Assembly: GCA_965205485.1 (NCBI GenBank)
Contig: OZ242180.1
Span: 4,576,001-4,640,000 of the forward strand
Length of the DNA: 64,000 bases
Source of the DNA: Candidatus Latescibacterota bacterium
GTDB lineage: Bacteria > Latescibacterota > UBA2968 > GCA-2709665
Direction: 5' to 3'
The position numbers and the translations under genes are program-made. Below are positions 56,666 through 64,000 of the stretch, piece by piece. A model generated the notes under the pieces. It was not told the DNA's origin. It saw nothing but the letters and a program-made list of their open reading frames with translations, and made no database searches. Positions within the stretch are counted from its first letter, which is position 1. The number at the start of each line of letters is the position of its first letter.

Positions 56666-58591
56666 ATGTTGCCAGGATCTGACCTCGAATACTGGAACCG
56701 CCGCGCGAGCCCCGGCGCGATTTTCGCCAACCTGCGCTGGACCTGGAGTCACATCCGTGCACACGCAGGGCCGGCCGCAATCTGGTTGATTCTCATACAC
56801 ATTCTCCTCGGTATACAGCCGGCCCTGCTCATCCACGTCACCAGGCACCTCGTCGACGCCGTGGTCGATGCGGCAGGCGGCGGCCCGTCCGACTTTGACG
56901 ATATCCTGCCCTGGCTGATTGCCTTCGGCCTGGTCCTGCTGCTCACCAGAGAAGTGCTCTGGAACGTGCGGGATATCCTTCATCTCCGGATGGAGCAGAA
57001 CCTAGCACACGTCCTGGGCAGACGGTTGCTCGAACGTTCGTCCCGGCTGTCTCTTTTATTTTTCGACGTCAGTGGGACCTACGACCGCCTCGAGCGCGCG
57101 CGGGACCCGGGCCGCAAACTCGACCGGCTGTTCTTCGCCGCCCTGCATTTTTTCCAGGCCGCGATCAAGGCCGTTTCGGTGGCCGCCATGTTCTTCACGG
57201 TTTCTCCGTGGATCTCTCTGGCCACTGGTGGCGGTGCTGGCGCCGCAGATCCGCCTGGCGATCCGAAGCAGAGCCGGATGTTCATGGCCTTCACCTACGG
57301 CGAGACGCCGGAGGAGCGCCGGGCCGGGTACGTGGACCGCATCCTGACCGGAAGGACAGAGCAGAAGGAAATGCGACTCTTCGGCCTGCACCCGCCATTG
57401 ACCGGGCGCTGGCGGAGGATGCGGCAGGTGTTGCGTGAACGATTGCTGGGGCAGCGACAGACGACAGGTCGCGAAGGAGTTGCCCGCAACCGGGTTACGA
57501 ATTGCTGTGGCGGCCACCGTGGCCGTCGTCCTCGCGTACCTTCTTGGAGACCGGGTAATCACGCCGGGACAATTCGTGGCGCTGTTCCAGGGTGTGGGCA
57601 GACATGCTGGGCGCGGGCGCCAGTCTCGGCTACAACTCACGGGAGTTGCAGGAGCGCTCCACGCAGGTCGGTTACGTGCGCGAATTCTTCGATCAATGGG
57701 ATCGGAATCCGGCTGAAACGGAGGCGCACGACTGGCAGCCAGTTATTCGCGGGGAGCTTCCTTTCCTCGCCCCCTGCGAGAAGGGCATTTTTGTGGAAGA
57801 CGTACACTTCGCCTACCCCGCGACCGATTCACGGGAGGCGCCCCCCCCAGTCCTGCAAGGCGTCTCACTTCACCTGGCGCCGGGCGAACGGGTAGCCCTC
57901 GTGGGCGACAACGGCGCCGGAAAGTCCACCCTGGCCAAGATCCTCCTCGGACTCTATCCACCCACCGCCGGGCGCGTGACCGCAGATGGCCTCGACTATG
58001 CCGATATTGAACCGGACAGCCTGGTAGGCGCCGTCAGCGCGGCGTTCCAGGACTACTGCCGGTTCGAACTCACGCTCGGGCAATCCATCGGCATCGGTAC
58101 ACTGGGCAGTTCGGCAGGCGGACCGGCCGAAGAACTGTGGTCCTCATGGCTGCATCCTGACATGAAGGTGGTCGCGGAGGCTGCGCGCCGCGCCGGCGCC
58201 GACGAGACTCGCGAAACGGCTTCCCAGGTGGTTACGACACCCCGGTTGGACACGTCCTCGACGGCGGGCAGGGTCTCTCCGGCGGCGAGTGGCAGCGAAT
58301 CGCCATCGCGCGCGCCTTCACCCGCGATCCGGAACTGCTCATCCTCGACGAGCCCGCCGCAGCCCTCGATGCAATGGCGGAGGCAGCGAACTCTACCGGC
58401 AGTTCGCCGAACTCCTCGACGGACGGACCGCCCTGCTGATCAGCCACAGGCTCGGTTCAGCACGCATGGCCGAACGCATCCTCGTGCTCCGGCAGGGCCG
58501 TATCGTCGAGGAGGGCTGTCACGACGACCTCCTGGCCAAAGGGGGCGTCTACGCCGCCATGTGGGAGGAACAGGCATCGTGGTACCGGTAG
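56666..58591 (+). pseudogene. ABC transporter TMD+NBD, subunit 1, about 6 frameshifts (pseudogene or assembly indels)
   Basis: Fragments in alternating frames: TM domain, [47 protein letters not shown]. Confidence 0.8.
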
Positions 58592-60401
58592 AAACCGATC
58601 CTGATTCGAAGCAGCGTCCGCGCGGTCTCCGGACGCTCGTCAGGTTCCTGGGCTGGATGATCCGCATCGATCCGCAGCGGGTCCTATCACCGCGCTTGTT
58701 CTGGAGTTCACGTGGGCGTGCTGCCTGCCGCGACGGTCTGGGTGGTGCGCGAACTCGTCGATCGCGGCGTCGGCGTTTACGAAGGAGAACAGCCGGTCGA
58801 TTTCATGCTACCCTGGCTCGCCCTGTGGGCGGCCTTCAGCCTCGCGGAAAACGGTATTCTGGCCTGGAGCCGGCTGATCCTGCTCGAGCGGGTGAAGCAG
58901 GAACTGGAGGACCGGCTACTCGAGCAACTCCAGGTCAAGTCCCGTTCGCTTCGCCTGGATGCCTTCGAGAGGGCCGACTTCCACGACCTCCTGCGACGCG
59001 CCCAGGAAGCCGCCACACCCGGTTTTTTCCTGAACCTGTTCGGCGAGATCAGATCCATATTTGCCGGCGCAGTGACGGCGATCTCGGTTGCTGTCGTTGT
59101 TGGATTCTGGAACCCGCTACTCCTCCTTGCCGTCGTGCTGGTCTCGCTGCCGCCGCCCCTGATGAGTATCGTTCACGACCGGGGCAGGTTTTACACCTTT
59201 CGAAGAGCGACGCAGGCACAGCGACTGCTGGGATATCTGGATACTACGCTGACGGAACGGGACGCCGCCAAAGAAGTGAGGGTGTTCGGCCTTGGACCCG
59301 CCCTGATCCGTTGGTGGGAGTTCCTCTACTGGCGAGTCGCCGATGCTCTTTACCGACAGCTGCGAAGGAACTGGGTGCTCCGAGGGTCGCTTTCGGTCCT
59401 CAGCCTCGCGACGCTGACCGCCGGCGTCGGCTGGTCGGCGTGGGCGGTCCTCGAGGGCGGCCTTTCAGCGGGACAGTTCGCGGCGATGATGGTCGCTCTG
59501 CGGCAAGTTCGCGATAGCGTCGACCGGATCATCGCCCGGATCGGTTACCTCGGCATCCGGCTGCTGAACATCGCCGACTTGTTCATCTACCTGGACCTGG
59601 GCCCTGAGGAACCTCCTGGCGAAGCGGCGATTTCGTCTCTAAAGTCAAGAGCGATTACAACCAGAGACCTCTCCTTCCGCTATCCTCAGGCAGAACAACA
59701 CGCGCTTACGGAAATCACCTTAACCTTAAGACCCGGCGAAAGAGTCGCCCTGGTCGGTGCAAACGGCTCCGGCAAAGACGACTCTGGTCAAGCTGTTGCT
59801 GGGCCTGTTCCGTCCAACCGGGGGCGAACTGAACTACGGCGACCTCCCGGCGAACCAGGCGAGCCGGGACCAGTTGTGGAACCAGTCCACGGCCGTCTTT
59901 CAAGACTACACCCGCTTCGCTTTCACCCTCGGTGAGAACATCGGTTTCGGACGCTGGGAGCGGATGGGGGATCCCGGAGAAATCGAACGCGCGGCGCGGC
60001 GCGGCGGGGCCGACACCGTCGCCGGCCGGCTCGCGAAGGGATATGAGACCCCACTTGGCAGAGAGTTCGAAGGCGCGACGGAACTGTCAGGCGGGGAATG
60101 GCAGCGGGTCGCAATCTCAAGGGGATTCATGCGGGACGCCGACCTCGTCGTCCTCGACGAGCCGACCGCCTCCCTGGACCCGAAGGCCGAGGCCGACGTA
60201 TTCAGGCGCTTTCTCGCCATGGCCGGCGGCCGCACCACGATTGTGGTCTCACATCGGCTGGGCTCGGCCCGGATGTGCGACCGGATTCTCGTACTCAAGG
60301 ATGGGCGGCTCGTGGAAGAAGGGTCCCACGACGAACTGGTCGCCGTTAATGGAGAGTACGCCCGGATGTGGGCGCTGCAGGCGGGATGGTATGAAGCGTA
60401 G
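58579..60401 (+). pseudogene. ABC transporter TMD+NBD, subunit 2, 2 frameshifts (about 58690 and 59777)
   Basis: GGGAGG SD + GTG. AKEVRVFGL, Walker A GANGSGK/TT split across frames, [23 protein letters not shown]. Confidence 0.8.
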
Positions 60402-60419
60402 AAGACTGAATCCAACGAC

Positions 60420-63400
60420 TCACGTGATCCGGACTACCTCCGGTTTCGCAACTCCCGATTCGGATGCCGCGTTCCGGAACAGGTCGACGACTGTCGGATG
60501 GCAGGTAAAGACCAGTACCTGGTTGGTTTTGGACAGCTCCGTGAAGGCGGCAGCGGCGCGAAGCGCGCGGTACGGATCAAAGTTCACCAGGACCTCGTCC
60601 ACGACGACAGGAAGTGGCTCCGTTCGCTCCCCCAGTTCTCGGATCAATCCGAACCGGAGCGAAAGAAACAGCTGCTCCCGTGTGCCCCGGCTGAGTTCCG
60701 ACGGCTGCTTCGTCCGCCCGTCGGCGTCCGTCACCGTGATCGTCTGTTCACCGAGCGGCGCATAGACCTGGCGGTACCGTCCATCGGTGATCGAGGTGAA
60801 AAATCTCTCAGCATGCCGAATTACTCCGGGCTGCCGCTCACGCTCGAACTTTCGACGGGATTCTTCCAGCAAGTTCCGGGCGATCGTAAGGCGGGTCCAG
60901 TCGCGCGCGTGGCCCTGGAACTGTTCCAGCAGGACGTTCTTTTCCATCCTTAACCGTGAGGACTCTTCCTCTCCGACCAGCCCCGCCAGTTCGGTCTGAA
61001 TGGAACCTCGTTGGGTCGACAACGCCTCACGCTGGGCGTTGGCAGTCGTCCGTTCTTCTTCCAGCCTTGCCATCTCGTCGGCGATTGCCTGAGGGTTCGT
61101 GCTGCCAAGGTCCGATTTCAGCATTTCCAGCGGTTCGCCCGGTCCGCTGAGGCGTTGAAGCCGATGAAGTGCATCGCGGGCCTTGTCGTTGAGTTCCGTT
61201 CGCCTATCGGCAAAACCTGCGCGCACGCGGAACGCTTCAGCGTCCTCTGCGCCGCCGGATTGCAGCAGCTGACCCAGCTCATCTTCCGCGTTCTTCAGGT
61301 CGCTGCACCGCTCGCCCAGGTGGCGCCGGGCATTCTCCAGATTGAGTTTCGCGTCGGTCTGATGTCTTACGTCCTCCCGGACCTCCTCCATCAACTCGAC
61401 CAACCTGTCGGCGGCGGCGGCAACCGTGCGAAAATCAGTGCGGTCGAACGTGACGTCGAATGCAGTGGCAAGCGGTTCAACCGCCTCAACGTATTCGTCG
61501 ATGTCCTTCCGAATCGCCCTGATGCGCTGCTGCCAGCTTCGCACGTCAGCCAGCCGGCTTCGACCGAGTTCGACCTGGCTCTGAAGCACATCGGCCGTCT
61601 CGGGCGTGAAGGCTTCGGACAGACCACGCGCCATCAGCCATTCCTGCCATCCACGCTGCGCCACTTCGAGGCGACCTTCAGCATCCTCGACGTCAGCGGC
61701 GGATTTGTCAGTGCGGATCTGCCGCTGTTTTGCGATTTCCTTTGCAGCCTCGAGAGTCTCGGAGAGATGAGTTCGTTCCTGTAACAGGTCTTCCTCTTCG
61801 TCGATCGACTGTTCGGCCGCCAGGAGCGACGCTTCATCGATCACTTCGAGGTGAAGGGGCGCTGCATCCTCCAGCATCTTTGACTGGAGATCCTCTATGT
61901 TCAATTCGGCGCGGCGCAGTGACTCGCGAACAGGTCGGGCAAGCGGTGATTCGCCTGCGCCCGGATGGCGGATCCCGGCAGACATGAACAGATACACGCC
62001 CACAACTGCGAGCGCGATGCCGCCAACGACGCCTATGGTTAATGGCGTTCCACCGAGCAGCCCACCGGCGATCAGGAGTCCAATCCCAATGACAACGCTG
62101 ATTGCTGCGACAACGGTGCTCCTCGAACCACCGGTATGAGACGCGCTGCCTCTGAGGGACTCGAGCTGGCTCTCGAGATTCAGCACGTTCTGTCGCTGGC
62201 GGTTGAGATCATCGAGTTTCGAACTAGTGGCGCGCACCAGGTTGCGGCGCTGCCGTATCTGGTCGGCATTCAGGCCTGGTATCCTGGCGTCCTCGAATGC
62301 TCGATTGGCCTTGTTCTCAGCGTCATTTGCTTCTTCAAGGGATGCCTTGTCCTGACGAAGAGCTGACCTGCAGTCCGATTGCTCCTCGGATGCGCGACGC
62401 AATCGGTCGCCGTGTTCAGATATCTCCTGGCGAACGGCAATGGAAAGATCGAACTGTTCCAGCCTGGCTTCATCCCAATCAGGTCCCAGGTCCTTCAAGG
62501 CTTCAACCAGATCTCTGCTGTGGCTTTCGAACTCGGCTTTGCGTTTCGGCAAGTCTTTAACCGAGCCGTCGAATGCGCCTCTTCCGTTCTGCAGAAAGCG
62601 GACTTCGGACGAGTGCTCCAAAATGGCCTCGTGCTCGACCCGAATGTCTGCTGCCCGTGCGGCTTCAGTGGCTCGTTGACCGGCGGACTCGTACTCCCGT
62701 CGCGCGGCATTGACGCGCTCCTGTAATGCTTCCAGGCGATTCACACCATCCGCGGGAAATGGGTCGACAACCGGAATGCCAGCCAACTCTTCCTCGGCGG
62801 AATTCAACTCATTCCAGGCGTCCCAGCCCTTCTGTAGTGTATTTTGACCGTTATACCGAGATTGAGTCTCCAACTGTTGGGCAGCCAGGTCTCCCAGCTC
62901 GATCTCGACCCTCTGAAGCCGGTCGGTCAGTTCACCGAACCTTGCCGCGTTGTTGGAGACTTCCCTCAGCTTGTTGTCTACGTCCTCGATTTTGTTGTAG
63001 ATCTCGTAGATCTTCTGGGTGCTCCCGCCCTTGAGAAAGATCCCGATGCGGGACGACTCAATGGACTTCACGGCGTTCGGAAGTGACGTTACGCCCATGC
63101 CCGCGCTGTAGATCTGACCATTGACGTTCGCGTCGTTCAGAAGGTCGTCGCTGTAGAGGTCGTCGAGGGTGAACGCGAATATCCTCTCGAATACTTCCCT
63201 CGAGTGGTGTCCCAACAACAACGCGAGTTCAGATTCGGGCAGTGTGTCTCCTGTTGCCGAAGTCAGGAGAACGTCTCCGCTGTAACTCCTTCCGGTCGTT
63301 CTGCGCACGTCGTACATACGACCGCCCGCACCTTCTATGGTCAGGTAGCCTCCGTAACTCCCACCGGCCAATGCAGGATAAGCGTTGACCCTTCCGCTCT

Positions 63401-63560
63401 TGCGTGGAAATCCGAAGAGTATCCGTCGGACAAACTCCAGCAGTGTGCTCTTGCCCGCCTCGTTCGGCCCGAAGAAGACAGTCACGGGTCGTTCCAGCGC
63501 CCCGAATTGCCTGTCGGCGAACTGCCCGAAGCCATCAATGCGTAGTTTGCGGATTCTCAT
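60420..63560 (-). CDS. YhaN/SbcE-like SMC-type ATPase (AAA_27) with an internal TM hairpin
   Basis: I.GFGQF, GPNEAGKSTL, long coiled coils, LSRGTREQL.L..R, VVVDE.LVNFD, FTCH. Confidence 0.9.
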   Translation of the reverse strand: MRIRKLRIDGFGQFADRQFGALERPVTVFFGPNEAGKSTLLEFVRRILFGFPRKSGRVNAYPALAGGSYGGYLTIEGAGGRMYDVRRTTGRSYSGDVLLTSATGDTLPESELALLLGHHSREVFERIFAFTLDDLYSDDLLNDANVNGQIYSAGMGVTSLPNAVKSIESSRIGIFLKGGSTQKIYEIYNKIEDVDNKLREVSNNAARFGELTDRLQRVEIELGDLAAQQLETQSRYNGQNTLQKGWDAWNELNSAEEELAGIPVVDPFPADGVNRLEALQERVNAARREYESAGQRATEAARAADIRVEHEAILEHSSEVRFLQNGRGAFDGSVKDLPKRKAEFESHSRDLVEALKDLGPDWDEARLEQFDLSIAVRQEISEHGDRLRRASEEQSDCRSALRQDKASLEEANDAENKANRAFEDARIPGLNADQIRQRRNLVRATSSKLDDLNRQRQNVLNLESQLESLRGSASHTGGSRSTVVAAISVVIGIGLLIAGGLLGGTPLTIGVVGGIALAVVGVYLFMSAGIRHPGAGESPLARPVRESLRRAELNIEDLQSKMLEDAAPLHLEVIDEASLLAAEQSIDEEEDLLQERTHLSETLEAAKEIAKQRQIRTDKSAADVEDAEGRLEVAQRGWQEWLMARGLSEAFTPETADVLQSQVELGRSRLADVRSWQQRIRAIRKDIDEYVEAVEPLATAFDVTFDRTDFRTVAAAADRLVELMEEVREDVRHQTDAKLNLENARRHLGERCSDLKNAEDELGQLLQSGGAEDAEAFRVRAGFADRRTELNDKARDALHRLQRLSGPGEPLEMLKSDLGSTNPQAIADEMARLEEERTTANAQREALSTQRGSIQTELAGLVGEEESSRLRMEKNVLLEQFQGHARDWTRLTIARNLLEESRRKFERERQPGVIRHAERFFTSITDGRYRQVYAPLGEQTITVTDADGRTKQPSELSRGTREQLFLSLRFGLIRELGERTEPLPVVVDEVLVNFDPYRALRAAAAFTELSKTNQVLVFTCHPTVVDLFRNAASESGVAKPEVVRIT

Positions 63561-64000
63561 GCGTCTTCGTCTTCGCCGAGCCGGTTTACGAGGATTGCCT
63601 CAGCCTCATCGATCATCGTGGAAAGTTCATCGCCACACGGTACGTGGTCAGAGAGATAATGGCGATAGAGGCGGTGCTGATAAAGATCTGAAAGACCATC
63701 TTGCAGACGGGCCAGCAGGTCGGTGTCTTCCTTCGCACCGTCCGCGGTCCTGAGCACCTCGGCCATGAAGTCCGATCCAACCATACGATCATCACGGTTG
63801 AACGGCGCGGTGGTCTCGTCGACTATGCGCTCACACCACGCGAATTGGCCACGTTTCGCCCATTCGTCGTTAACAACCTCCGTCACGTGCTCCAACAGGT
63901 CCGGCTGGTGCAGCGATCCGTGCAGACTGCCAGTTCCAACGAGTGAAATCCTCAGCACGACCGACACGCCGTTTGCGCCATTCAAAGCCTCGTCAATTCT
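63557..64000 (-). CDS. YhaO-like (Mre11/SbcD) metallophosphoesterase, C-terminal part (begins outside the window)
   Basis: V.RI.L.G...LH C-terminal region. ATGA overlap with the YhaN-like gene. The call relies mainly on gene context. Confidence 0.7.
   Translation of the reverse strand, partial: RIDEALNGANGVSVVLRISLVGTGSLHGSLHQPDLLEHVTEVVNDEWAKRGQFAWCERIVDETTAPFNRDDRMVGSDFMAEVLRTADGAKEDTDLLARLQDGLSDLYQHRLYRHYLSDHVPCGDELSTMIDEAEAILVNRLGEDEDA

Noticed and set aside
57592..59517. 641-aa ORF as a real fusion protein
   Set aside because: Chimera of frameshifted fragments of the two ABC genes plus out-of-frame sequence.

Overview
GC-rich bacterial chromosome segment from a deep-branching diderm. 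The divergent 16S signatures, TonB/DUF4249/OprB genes and paired EF-hand/dockerin-like tails suggest a Latescibacterota/FCB-type candidate lineage, but this is inference only. 1-15.2 kb is a minus-strand housekeeping run (fusA2, yebC-ruvCAB-tsaB-rimI-holB-metG-tatD-rsmA-ilvE-proC-hisH-hisF-proB). 15.3-20.9 kb is a complete rrn operon (16S-tRNA-Ile-tRNA-Ala-23S-5S) with unusual substitutions at normally invariant sites. 21-30.6 kb is accessory and holds the main finding: an operon of a TlpA-like thioredoxin, a putative outer-membrane barrel with a C-terminal CxxxxC, and two tandem secreted redoxin-Ig-EF-hand proteins. The ORF track splits each of the two at an in-frame UGA that occupies the first Cys of the CxxC motif (UPTC, UDLC) and is followed by a conserved SECIS-like hairpin, so they are probably exported selenoproteins. 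30.9-42 kb is housekeeping (tilS-ftsH-folP-purM-holA, trxA, sugar NTase plus GHMP kinase, nadA). 42-64 kb has an ABC-2 exporter, a probable amine-catabolic cluster, two TA modules flanking a TonB receptor/DUF4249/OprB set, two frameshifted ABC transporters and a YhaO/YhaN pair. A MITE-like element occurs twice, each time directly upstream of a ribosome-binding site.
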